The notes below the pieces were generated by a model. The model worked only from the letters and a program-made list of their open reading frames with translations. It was not told the DNA's origin and ran no database searches. A program made the position numbers and the translations under genes. Shown here piece by piece: positions 1-9,242 of a stretch of 64,000 bases of DNA; the first letter of the stretch is position 1, and each line of letters begins with the position of its first letter. Source of the stretch: Dehalococcoidia bacterium (GTDB lineage: Bacteria > Chloroflexota > Dehalococcoidia > Plut-88900); assembly GCA_965197585.1 (NCBI GenBank), contig OZ240215.1, positions 2,272,001-2,336,000 of the forward strand. The letters are read 5' to 3'.

Positions 1-485
1 TAATACCTACCCTCGTGGTCGACACCGTCCTCAGTCCAGAGTCGGGTGATCACTTCCATCTGCTCATCCGTGACCCGAGCCCTGCGTTTGTGATGCTCCT
101 CCACCCCCGCCATTTTGAAGTCCCCCGGTGACCATCCCATGCACATCCCCGGTATCAGCCTCCCCCCGGATATCACGTCGATGGTCGAGAGGTTCTTGGC
201 CCAGAAATAGGGCGGGAGCAGCGGTAGGATGAGCGAATGGATCCCGAGACGCAGGTTTTTCGTGACTGCAAAGAGGGAGGGAAGTAAAGCCAGTGGGTCG
301 AACAGGTGGTGACTGCTGAACTGATCGAACATAGGGGCATGGGGCAGGGTCATGTGATATGGGAATCCGGCGGAGTAATACCCCAGCCGGTCCAGCTGCT
401 TCACCACATCCGACAGCGAGTCCAGTGTTGGCGGCGTTGCGCCCCACCCGTACAAATACGCGCTGAACCTGCTTATGTCACCCAT
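1..485 (-). CDS. LLM-class (luciferase-like) flavin/F420-dependent oxidoreductase, partial (runs off left edge)
   Basis: Manual translation from ATG at 485: MGDISRFSAYLYGWG...FDPLALLPSLFAVTKNLRLG...AKNLSTIDVISGGRLIPGMCMGW...EQMEVITRLWTEDGVDHEGRY, typical LLM motifs; not in the ORF track because it is truncated. Confidence 0.85.
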   Translation of the reverse strand, partial: MGDISRFSAYLYGWGATPPTLDSLSDVVKQLDRLGYYSAGFPYHMTLPHAPMFDQFSSHHLFDPLALLPSLFAVTKNLRLGIHSLILPLLPPYFWAKNLSTIDVISGGRLIPGMCMGWSPGDFKMAGVEEHHKRRARVTDEQMEVITRLWTEDGVDHEGRY

Positions 486-689
486 GTACTAAGCCCATAT
501 CCTTTCTCGGAAGGAACTACCCTCACATAACTCGTATTGGAGGGGCTGGGGCCGCTCGTGCTGTCGAAGATCCGCCGAGGCGGGAGGCTCTCGAAGTATG
601 AGCGGGGGGAGTCTTATACCCTCTCCCTTGACGGGAGAGCGTGATCCCCAATATATACGGCCATTGTTCTTCAGGGAAGGAAAGGTCCC

Positions 690-893
690 CTACGCCCTCG
701 CCTTCATCCTCTCCGACAGCATCTCCCCGCCCATGGCCCAGTGCTCGCCTGCCGTCTCGGTGATGATAACGTGAACGGACTCCGCCGAGGGTGTGCCCGC
801 TATGTTAACCATGGCGTCGGTCATAGCCTTGACCAGGTCCGATTTCTGAGTCTCGCTCCGGCCTGGCAGCATCTCTACTCTGACTATAGGCAT
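690..893 (-). CDS. 4-oxalocrotonate tautomerase family protein
   Basis: 67 aa, Pro after initiator Met (MPIVRVEMLPGRSETQK), C-terminal HWAMGG. Confidence 0.9.
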   Translation of the reverse strand: MPIVRVEMLPGRSETQKSDLVKAMTDAMVNIAGTPSAESVHVIITETAGEHWAMGGEMLSERMKARA

Positions 894-967
894 ATCCGTA
901 CTCCTTGATGTGATGGGACCTTCAATACCGGGAACGGGGAGATATTATCAGGATGAGTCGGATGACG

Positions 968-2341
968 CTACCGAGGCGGCAGTGCAAACGGAAACGCCAC
1001 AGATGGGTTCCTGTCCAACAGCCGACGCCATAACGACTGTCCCATCTCCTCCGCCCGCGCCACGATATCCTCCTCATCGATGGTCAGCAGCTTCCCATCT
1101 CGCATCAGCCAATGCCCGTCCACCATTACCGCTTCCACGTCGTCCGCCTGCCCGTTGTGTATGTACGCCGACACAATCCGGTGGTTCGGCGCCAGGTGAG
1201 GCCTGAACGTGTCTATCATGAACAGGTCGGCCTTCTTACCCACCTCCAGGCTCCCCACCTGGTCCCCGAGCCCCAAGGCACGGGCGCTCCCCATAGTCCC
1301 CCACTCCAATACCTGCTCAGGCTGCGGCGACATCGGTGTGTGCCGGCGCACCCTCTCGGCGAACAGCCCGGTCCTCAACACGTGGAGCATGTTCTCGTCC
1401 ATGTTGTCCGACCCCATTCCGATGTTGGAACCCGCCTCTTCCAATTCCCTGGCCGGGGCCGCCGCCCCTCGTCGTGCGGCAATGGCCGGGTTGAACGACA
1501 CATTCGTCCGCGTCTGCCCCATCAACGCTATCTCCGAATCATCCAGGTAGCGACAGTGTGCAGCAACCACCCTCGGGCCCAAGGCGCCGTTAACGTACAG
1601 GTACTGGGTCGGCCTCACCCCCCTTGTACGCATCACCGCCTGTATTTCGTCGTAGCTTTCGCTCAAATGCACCGTCATCCCAATGTCGTACTGGTCTGCT
1701 ACCCGGCGGCACTCCTGCAACAGCTCTGGCGAGCAGTATTCGGGAGTAGACGGGGAAGTCATGCACGTCACCCGACCCTCGGCTCCGTCATTCCAACCCT
1801 CGATCAGATCAACACTCTTCCGCATCCCTTCGTCCGCCTTGGCCGGGATGAAGCTGTACTCGCTCCTTCGCACCAGCTCCATATCCACGTCCTCGACATA
1901 CTCCGCCAGCGCCATCCTCATCCCCGTGTCGGCGAGACTTTGCGCGTAGTTCGCTATGTCCTTCTCGATCTCCAGCACGCATGTCGCCCCACTCCGGATC
2001 GACTCTATAACCCCGAGAACGGCAAAAACGTTGTCTTCCTCTTTGCCCATCAATGACCGGGTGTCCTCGGGGAACCTGAGTGTTGTAGGAAATCCCGTAT
2101 CCTCCAGGATTCCCCGATTGATAGTCTTCAGAAGATGAGTGTGGGCGTTAATCAGCCCCGGAAACACCGCCTTTCTTCGACCATCCACCACCTCCGCCCC
2201 AGGGAACCGCGCCCCTACCTCTTCCGAGTTTCCCAGCGCGGCAATCTTCCCATCCTCAATCGCAATCGCCTTATCGTGAAGAATGGTCCTACCAGGCCCC
2301 CCCGTCACAATAGTCGTATTCTTGATTACCGTCGCCGTCAT
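968..2341 (-). CDS. Metal-dependent amidohydrolase (MtaD/deaminase-like)
   Basis: PGLINAHTH, VHLSES, AAHC, GMGSDN, GSLEVGKKADL motifs. Confidence 0.88.
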   Translation of the reverse strand: MTATVIKNTTIVTGGPGRTILHDKAIAIEDGKIAALGNSEEVGARFPGAEVVDGRRKAVFPGLINAHTHLLKTINRGILEDTGFPTTLRFPEDTRSLMGKEEDNVFAVLGVIESIRSGATCVLEIEKDIANYAQSLADTGMRMALAEYVEDVDMELVRRSEYSFIPAKADEGMRKSVDLIEGWNDGAEGRVTCMTSPSTPEYCSPELLQECRRVADQYDIGMTVHLSESYDEIQAVMRTRGVRPTQYLYVNGALGPRVVAAHCRYLDDSEIALMGQTRTNVSFNPAIAARRGAAAPARELEEAGSNIGMGSDNMDENMLHVLRTGLFAERVRRHTPMSPQPEQVLEWGTMGSARALGLGDQVGSLEVGKKADLFMIDTFRPHLAPNHRIVSAYIHNGQADDVEAVMVDGHWLMRDGKLLTIDEEDIVARAEEMGQSLWRRLLDRNPSVAFPFALPPR

Positions 2342-2417
2342 TTCAGAGTTCCTTGTGATCCGAATGCCTGCTCCCTAACACCACGCGTACCCAGTCGGGC
2401 TATAATAACCCCAACCC

Positions 2418-3140
2418 ATGATCAACAACAGATGGTCCAAACTTTCCGCCGCCTTACTCCTCGCCCTCATCCTTGTTGCCACAGCCGCCTGCGCCACGCC
2501 CGTTGCCGTCGAAGAAACCCCACCCTCCACCTCCGAGCCGACGCAAGAAGTCCCACTCCCCACCCCCAAGCCAACGGTTCAGCCCACCCCCACCCCCCTA
2601 CCGACAGTGACACCGGCGCCGGACCCCACTGCCGAGCAGGATCCATCCACTAGGCTCGGCATTAAGGAAACCCCCAACCCAGACGGCCTCCCCATCGGCT
2701 CTGAGATCGGCTACCTCGCCCCCGACTTCCGCCTGGAGACTGAGCATGGTGACATAGTAGTCCTTAGTGATTTCCGTGGCCGGCCCGTCTTCATCAACTT
2801 CTTCGCCGTCTGGTGTGGCCCCTGCCGCTTCGAAATGCCGGAGATCGAGAGTATCTACAACTCTCTCGGGGACGACTTGGTGGTGCTTACGGTGGATGTC
2901 CGGGAATCGTCGGAGAGGGTCAAAGCCTACAAGGAGTTGCTGGGACTAACCATGCCGACGGTCATGGACACCCACCGGCAGGTCGCCACCGCCTACCAGG
3001 TCCCCGGCCTGCCCTGGACCTACATCCTGGACGATACGGGCGTGGTCCGGCACATAAAGTTCGGCGCATTCCTCAGCAGGGAAGAGATAATCGCCGCCCT
3101 CGGCACGGTCGGCATCGCCGAAGAGTCGGACTCCGGCTAA
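2418..3140 (+). CDS. TlpA/ResA-like thiol-disulfide redoxin lipoprotein
   Basis: Signal peptide/lipobox (ATAAC), Pro/Thr linker, APDF and NFFAVWCGPC motifs. Confidence 0.88.
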   Translation: MINNRWSKLSAALLLALILVATAACATPVAVEETPPSTSEPTQEVPLPTPKPTVQPTPTPLPTVTPAPDPTAEQDPSTRLGIKETPNPDGLPIGSEIGYLAPDFRLETEHGDIVVLSDFRGRPVFINFFAVWCGPCRFEMPEIESIYNSLGDDLVVLTVDVRESSERVKAYKELLGLTMPTVMDTHRQVATAYQVPGLPWTYILDDTGVVRHIKFGAFLSREEIIAALGTVGIAEESDSG

Positions 3141-3433
3141 ACTACACTCGGCTCGGCGAATCTTTCTACCTTGATCTCCTTGACCCTGTCCCGGGCCTGC
3201 CACAGATCGTAGGCCATCTGCATTCCCAGCCAGGTCTCCGGCGTAGAGCCAAACGCCTTCGAAAATCGGATCGCCATGTCCACCGACACCCCAGCCCTTC
3301 CATTAATCACGTTTGAAAGCGCCTGGCGAGTTACACCCAATCCATTAGCCGCCTTAGTCACCGTCAGCCCCAACGGCTCCAAGCACTCATATTTGACTAT
3401 CTCTCCCGGGTGGCATGGGTTTGCCATAGGCAT
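3137..3433 (-). CDS. higA: HigA-family HTH antitoxin (no adjacent toxin)
   Basis: HPGEI...LGVTRQALSNVINGRAGVSVDMAIRFSKAFG...WLGMQMAYDLW. Confidence 0.85.
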   Translation of the reverse strand: MPMANPCHPGEIVKYECLEPLGLTVTKAANGLGVTRQALSNVINGRAGVSVDMAIRFSKAFGSTPETWLGMQMAYDLWQARDRVKEIKVERFAEPSVV

Positions 3434-3460
3434 AATCTCACCTCGTAATTGACCCCTAGC

Positions 3461-4102
3461 CTACACCACCACCGCCCCCGACACCACATACACCGGATCA
3501 CAGTAAATCCCGAGCCTCGGACTGATATCCCTCGCCTCCGGCTCCCCCCACCCTCCCGACCGGCGGAAATACGCCCCCACCAGCCGCCCTCGGTCTTCAT
3601 CCGAAAGCGCCTTCCATATCGCCGTCGCCTTTGTCGGGAACATCCGGTTCGAAAAGATCACGTGGAACCGGGCCCCTGGCTTCAAGACCCGGGCCACCTC
3701 CTCAAACACTAGTTCCGGCTTGGTCATGTACTGCACTGATACCGTCAATATCGCCGCGTCTAACGTGTCGTCTCGGAAAGGCAGTGTGGGGTTGGCGTTC
3801 AAATCGTGGACTAAGGCATCGTCGAGTTGCGGATTCTCCCGCATCTCCACTGCATTAAGACCCAGCCCCACCACCTTCCCCCTCGGCTGGCTTTCAGGGA
3901 GATGCGACCGCCAACTGCTCATCAGGTCCAATATCACCCCTCCCGAGGGCAGCGCCCCCGACAGGTACTCCCTAATCGCCTCAATAGCGAACTGATCGAT
4001 GTGGACTACCAGCCGTGGCTCGGCATAGAACACGGCATCCGGCCTCTCGTCGTCCCTGCGAAAGTGTTCAGGCCGGAATGGGGACTCAGGTTGCTCTGGC
4101 AT
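3461..4102 (-). CDS. Class I SAM-dependent methyltransferase
   Basis: FYAEPRLVVHID, ILDLMSSWRSHLP, GLGLNAVEM, SVQY, FSNRMFPTKA. Confidence 0.85.
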   Translation of the reverse strand: MPEQPESPFRPEHFRRDDERPDAVFYAEPRLVVHIDQFAIEAIREYLSGALPSGGVILDLMSSWRSHLPESQPRGKVVGLGLNAVEMRENPQLDDALVHDLNANPTLPFRDDTLDAAILTVSVQYMTKPELVFEEVARVLKPGARFHVIFSNRMFPTKATAIWKALSDEDRGRLVGAYFRRSGGWGEPEARDISPRLGIYCDPVYVVSGAVVV

Positions 4103-4140
4103 GACTGTTCAGGATTCTTCCCTTCCCATTTGGCCCGTCC

Positions 4141-5403
4141 TTAGCTCTCTATCGCTCGTCTCGGTTTCCGGAGCAGCACTGAGCTCAGGACTAGGGTCAG
4201 GGGCATGAATGACGTGTAGAGCAAAGCTTGCTGCAGGTCCCCGGTGGCCTCCTGGATAAATCCCACCATCAGGGGCCCGATAGCCGCTCCCAAGGATATC
4301 GCTATCCGCAGAAATGCCTGGCTCACGGCCACTTCTCTCGGCTTGATGTTGGGCAGATAGAACACCATGCCCATTATCACCGCAAAGAACGCCGAGAACA
4401 CTCCCTTGAGCATTGTTAAAAGGATCACCAGTCCCGCAGGCTCGGTGTAGAGCAGGAGCACGATTAGTACGCATTTGGCGACACCGCACACCGTCAGGAC
4501 AAGGGACCTGTGCCGGTTGAAAAACCCTATCGCGTTTACACCTATCGAGCTCGGTGCCGCCGCAACCGCCGAGACCCCTACCGCAACTCCCACCATTGTC
4601 CCGGAAAGGTGTAGCTCGGTCTCTGCCAAGGTCGGCCAGAACACACTGAAGGCCATCTCCGCCAGCACCGCTCCCAGCAACCCGATGCTGGCGTACCACA
4701 GCTCCCGGTATTTCAGGACGCTCTTCAGCGGCGTGCCTTCCTTGGAAGGCGCTCCTTTTCGCTCCTCCCCCGTCCCCCGGTTCCTGCCGAGAACCAGCCA
4801 GGCCAGGGTCAGAGCCAGGCACACGAAGCCCCACACGTTCAGCGCCCTTCTCCAGTCCCCTGTCCAGACCACGATCAGCGGTGTAAGGAACGACACGATC
4901 CCCATCATCAAGTCCACGCTTCCAACAAGGATGCCGTTTGTCATGGCCAGTTGGCGTCTGCTGGACCACTGCTGAATCAACAGCACCCTCGGGGCTTGCG
5001 TGAACATAGTGCCCAGTGCCAGGCACCCCCTCCCGAGGAGCAGCACCGCAAACACCGGGGCCCGAGCCTGTATGAAGACCGACCCCGCAACTAAAAACAG
5101 CGCGAAGGCAAGCATTCGCCGCGGCTTGAATCGGGAACTCCACGTATTTATGGGCATCACCAGCACCAGGTTGGTGATCAGCGACGAGGAACCTACCAGT
5201 CCCTGCATCGTCGGCGACAGCCCAAGCTCTTTGGAGATGTCCGGCAGCAGCAGTCCGATGAAGAAGAGCATCGCCATGGACGTGGAGACGCCCGAGGCCA
5301 TTGCCCCAATCACCACCCATCGGTAACGGGGGATCGCATCCTGGGCGGCGAGACGGTGCGGAGACGATTCTTGAGAGATGACTGCCATGGTTACGACAGC
5401 CAT
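4141..5403 (-). CDS. MFS transporter
   Basis: About 12 hydrophobic segments over 420 aa. Confidence 0.8.
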   Translation of the reverse strand: MAVVTMAVISQESSPHRLAAQDAIPRYRWVVIGAMASGVSTSMAMLFFIGLLLPDISKELGLSPTMQGLVGSSSLITNLVLVMPINTWSSRFKPRRMLAFALFLVAGSVFIQARAPVFAVLLLGRGCLALGTMFTQAPRVLLIQQWSSRRQLAMTNGILVGSVDLMMGIVSFLTPLIVVWTGDWRRALNVWGFVCLALTLAWLVLGRNRGTGEERKGAPSKEGTPLKSVLKYRELWYASIGLLGAVLAEMAFSVFWPTLAETELHLSGTMVGVAVGVSAVAAAPSSIGVNAIGFFNRHRSLVLTVCGVAKCVLIVLLLYTEPAGLVILLTMLKGVFSAFFAVIMGMVFYLPNIKPREVAVSQAFLRIAISLGAAIGPLMVGFIQEATGDLQQALLYTSFMPLTLVLSSVLLRKPRRAIES

Positions 5404-5417
5404 TATAGGGGCAGCGG

Positions 5418-6671
5418 CTAGATGACCCCCGACTCCCGCATCTCGGTAACCTCATCCCAGTCGTACCCGCAGACCTCGGTAAGCACCTCTTCGGTGTGCT
5501 GCCCGAACTCCGGGGCCCCAGTACCGACCTTTGCCGGAGTCTTGGAGAATTTGATTGGCGGTCCCGTGGTCTTGGTAGTCCCCATGGTCGGGTGTTCAGT
5601 GTCTACCACGTACTCGTTGGCCAACGCTTGGGGGTCCTTCGCAGCCTCCGCAATCGTATTCACCAGCGTGTAGACGAACTTCACCTTCTTCTGCACGAAC
5701 AGGTCAGCCCACGCCGGTCTCGGCCTCGCTGCAAATGTCTCAATCAGAATGTCTCTGAATGCCGCCGCATTCTCCAGTCTGCCGGCCAGAGTGTTGAACC
5801 GCGGGTCGTCTACTAGCGCACCCAGCTCCAGCACGGAGCAGAACTCCTCCCAGACCCGTTCCGGATGAGGCTCGTTCAGCATTATCCACTGACCGTCGGC
5901 GCACCGGTACCAGTTGACGAACGGGTCCAACGACGCACGGCTCGATGTCCCAAAGGTGGCGTCGTTTTTCCAGAGGTACATGTGGTAGTTGTCGTGCTGC
6001 AGGTGAATGGCGCTCCCTAGCATCGAGGCTTCCACCGCCTGCCCCACCCCCTGCCTCTCCCTGGCAATCAGTGCCGCCATGATCCCGTAGGCCAGCATGG
6101 TCGCGCCCATCTGGTCGAAAGTCCCTCCCCCAACAATCAATGGCTCCCCGCCCTCGGCATTACCCATTCGGAACATGTAGCCGCTGTGCGCCTGTATCGA
6201 GGAATCGTACCCGTGCTTGTTCGCCAGCGGACCCCGAGTGCCGTAGGCCGTGTTGATCGCCCATATCAGCTTGGGGTTTATGGCCGAAAGGGCCTCGTAG
6301 TCCACGCCCAGCCGCTCAACCACGTCCATGGTGAAGTTGGTGAAGAAAACGTCGGCCTTGGAGATAAGCCGGCGGAGAACTTCCTTCCCCTGGGCGCTCT
6401 TCAAGTTTAGGGTTATGGCCCGCTTGCCGCGGTTCACCATCTCAAACCACAGGGCCCGGCCGCCAGGGATCTCCAGGTTGTGCCCGAAGGCCTGCGTCAC
6501 CCCCCTGCTCGGATCTCCGGTCACGGGTTGCTCTATCTTGATCACGTCCGCCCCCAGGTCTCCGAGCATGTATCCCGCGCCCCCACCGTTGTGCCAGACG
6601 GCCAGTTCAATAACCCTTATTCCGGACAGGGGCCCCATGGGTCGCGCCTCTTCTCCATTCGCCGATTCCAT
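5418..6671 (-). CDS. CaiB/BaiF family CoA-transferase (class III)
   Basis: GPLSGIRVIEL, LGADVIKIE, NRGKR, C-terminal APEFGQHTEEVL. Confidence 0.92.
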   Translation of the reverse strand: MESANGEEARPMGPLSGIRVIELAVWHNGGGAGYMLGDLGADVIKIEQPVTGDPSRGVTQAFGHNLEIPGGRALWFEMVNRGKRAITLNLKSAQGKEVLRRLISKADVFFTNFTMDVVERLGVDYEALSAINPKLIWAINTAYGTRGPLANKHGYDSSIQAHSGYMFRMGNAEGGEPLIVGGGTFDQMGATMLAYGIMAALIARERQGVGQAVEASMLGSAIHLQHDNYHMYLWKNDATFGTSSRASLDPFVNWYRCADGQWIMLNEPHPERVWEEFCSVLELGALVDDPRFNTLAGRLENAAAFRDILIETFAARPRPAWADLFVQKKVKFVYTLVNTIAEAAKDPQALANEYVVDTEHPTMGTTKTTGPPIKFSKTPAKVGTGAPEFGQHTEEVLTEVCGYDWDEVTEMRESGVI

Positions 6672-6822
6672 GTTGCGCCCCTTTTCCGTCTACTAAAAAT
6701 TGCCCGGAATGATAGACCTACCCCTATCTTTCGGCAACATTCGAAATTCGACCCAGCCCGGTATTGCGCGCGAACCGCAATTGCATTTATATTGGAATTA
6801 CACTCAGAAAGGAGGTGATCAA

Positions 6823-6867
6823 TTGGATATTGATGATAGACGGACTTGTGAGGTGTCTGTAACGTAA
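6823..6867 (+). CDS. Putative 14-aa small peptide (MDIDDRRTCEVSVT)
   Basis: Near-perfect SD AGAAAGGAGGTGAT before TTG at 6823; upstream TTGCGC-N18-TATATT promoter-like pair. Confidence 0.35.
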   Translation: MDIDDRRTCEVSVT

Positions 6868-7019
6868 ACGGTTTGACACGTAGGGGGCGTCCCCCTGGGT
6901 TCCGTTTGCGGAATCCGTGCAGACGCCGGGCCCCGAAGCTCCCGGGTTGTCCACCGGGACGGCCATAGGCCGAAGTGCTTCGGGGCTTTCTCTTTCCCCC
7001 ACTTCCCCACCCCCCACAA

Positions 7020-7092
7020 GTCATTCCGGGCTCCGAACCTGAATCCAGAGGGGGGCCGCTCATCCTGAGCTGAGTCGAAGGGTCGAGCGGGA
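7020..7092. repeat. REP-like composite palindromic repeat (GTCATTCCGG...GAATCC plus CCGCTCATCCTGAGC..GTCGAAGG)
   Basis: Near-identical copies at ~14797-14875 and ~58114-58196; related units at ~551-608 and ~52871-53045. Confidence 0.75.
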
Positions 7093-7133
7093 GTGGCACG
7101 CCATTGCTTTGTGAAAACAATCTATTGAGGTGC

Positions 7134-7934
7134 TCACCCCCTCCCCGCCGACACCAGCCTCTCCACCCTCTCCCGGTCCACGGGATTCGAAACCACCCCA
7201 CCCACCTTCACGCTCGTCCCCACTATCACCCCGTCCGCCCATTCCAGGTAAGCCCCGATATTCCCCTCCGTCACCCCGCTCCCGGCCAGCACTGGCGTCC
7301 CCTCAGGCACCGCCTCCTTTACCGCCCTTAAGTCCGACAAGTCTGCCTCCTCCCCCGTGAATGGCCCAGTCACAATCAAGGCATCGGCTAGTCCTCTGTA
7401 AATCGACGCCTTCGCCGCGTCCCGGATATCCTGCTCGCCGAGAGGAACGGCGTGCTTTACCAACACGTCGGCCAGCAGCTTCACGTCCGCCCCCAGCACC
7501 GACCGCCGTCTAACCGTCTCTGCTGCGCCACCTTCGATAATCCCCTGATCGGTAACCATCACGCCCGTGTGCACGTTCACCCGGATGAACTCTCCCCCCG
7601 TGGCATAGGCCAGCCCGAGGGCCGCTATCGGGTCGTTACGAAGCACATTCACCCCAAAGGGCACGTCAATGCTCTTGGCAACTCTGTCGATGACGACGGC
7701 CATCGCTGCAACGGCCTCAGGCGGCACCGGGCCCGTCAGAAAAGGAACGTCCCCGAAATTTTCGAATATCACGGCATTTACACCGCCCCGGGCCAGGGCT
7801 TCGGCATCCCGCATGGCATGTCCCACTACCTCGTCAAGGTCACCCTGCCAACCGGGACTACCCGGCAGCGCCGGCAGGTGAACCACCCCGATAATCTCCT
7901 TACGGATTTCTGTTCCCTCGCTTAATACAGGCAT
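7134..7934 (-). CDS. BtpA/SgcQ family protein
   Basis: IIGVVHLPALPGSP, ENFGDVPF, GVNVLRND, ADVLVKHA; start reassigned to ATG at 7934 because the upstream extension in the ORF track is repeat-derived. Confidence 0.9.
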   Translation of the reverse strand: MPVLSEGTEIRKEIIGVVHLPALPGSPGWQGDLDEVVGHAMRDAEALARGGVNAVIFENFGDVPFLTGPVPPEAVAAMAVVIDRVAKSIDVPFGVNVLRNDPIAALGLAYATGGEFIRVNVHTGVMVTDQGIIEGGAAETVRRRSVLGADVKLLADVLVKHAVPLGEQDIRDAAKASIYRGLADALIVTGPFTGEEADLSDLRAVKEAVPEGTPVLAGSGVTEGNIGAYLEWADGVIVGTSVKVGGVVSNPVDRERVERLVSAGRG

Positions 7935-8199
7935 GGCTCCTCCCTCCCAAAGGCTATCCCGCCCCCATACTTTTGCACAACCCTCCCCCCATCCACCCCC
8001 TCCATCATTCCGGCCGCCGAGAGCCAGAATCCATCCCCATCCCCTTCTACCCAATACTGAACTAGAGGCAGAGGTTGGCGCAGAAGCGCCAACCTCTGCC
8101 TCTGTTCTTATCTCCCCCTCTCCCTTAGGGCCTTCAAGGGAGAGGGGGACAAAGGGGGTGAGGGTTCCTCGGTGGGGTTGGGGCGGTGTCTCCCCAAAA

Positions 8200-8243
8200 G
8201 TGACACGAACCCCTTGACTAAAGCAAAACATCTGTACTATATT
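8200..8243 (+). promoter_or_regulatory. Sigma70-type promoter with LexA-like box (element A)
   Basis: TTGACT(8214)-N18-TATATT(8238); AAAAC-ATCT-GTACT at 8225-8238; same layout as at 27713-27757 and 33307-33351. Confidence 0.6.
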
Positions 8244-8249
8244 GCTCAC

Positions 8250-9147
8250 CAGGCCCGACTCCCCAACGTCGGCCCTATCCAAGGAAAGGATCAGGACTCC
8301 CATGAGTCGCACCAGCCTACATACGCCCCGTCGTAACCGAGCGGTATGGGACCGCTCGGCCACCGACACGCGCCTCCTCACCTACCCCTTTCCACCCACC
8401 GTCCCCCTACACTTCCCCCACTTCAAGCGCTGCCCCAGGGCCCAACGCCTGCGCCCCGGCAGCGATCAACCACTGTTCCGTTCCCAGCATGGAAGGTTCC
8501 CGGACAAAAAACGGCTTGCCCTTTCCAAGGGCTCCTGCCAAGTGCGCGCTGCACTCAACCGGCGCACCACCCTCGCCCCCTCGGGCGACGCCCACGAGCA
8601 CGGCGTCAAGTTGCTCACCAGGGCCATCGTGCCCAGAGACTCCACCGTCGTTGCCTTCGGAGAGGCCATCCCACACAGCGGCGGCAGAGAGTCCACGCCC
8701 CCATATCTCCGTATGGCCGGGCACTTCTGGTGGTCGAGACTGCCCCACACCGAGACTATCTCGCGTCTCCTCCACGTCCTCTCAGAAGCACGGGGCTGTC
8801 GCAAAGCCGGCGTCGATGTGGAACATCCGCGGTCGCGGACATCACCCATCGGTACAGGCGTCGCCGTCTTCCTGCGCAACCGTCCGGGACCTTCCATCCC
8901 CCCCTCCTCCCCTTTTCTCCGTCTTTCCTGCGGAGGCAGGAATCCATCCCCGGAAGGGCAGGGGCCCCGCTCCTCGGGACGTACCCTCCCCTACCCCTCC
9001 CTCCCACTTGTCCACTTCCCCAGTAGGGACGACCGGCCAGTCGCCCAGGGTGTGGACGCCCCGAATGGGGTGTCCACACCCCTCCCCCGACCCAAGAAAG
9101 GAACCACCCACTAGCCCACACCCACACACCCTTCCCCCACAACTGAA
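8250..9147 (+). ncRNA. Candidate large structured ncRNA, copy A (divergent, REPs inserted in the 3' tail)
   Basis: Long-range helix 8489-8505 with 8882-8897, many hairpins, tail CCCCACAACTGAA at 9135-9147; no credible protein. Confidence 0.5.
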
Positions 9148-9242
9148 CCCCAACCCTCTTTTGTTGCCCGGCCCAACGTCTGGTAGAATCATCTCCACAC
9201 CCATGTCCCCGGATGCAGATCTTTAGCGAGGGGTTAGGCGCT

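Noticed and set aside
7935-8381. N-terminal extension of the BtpA ORF given in the ORF track
   Set aside because: It translates repeat and promoter sequence; family similarity begins at MPVLSEG (7934).
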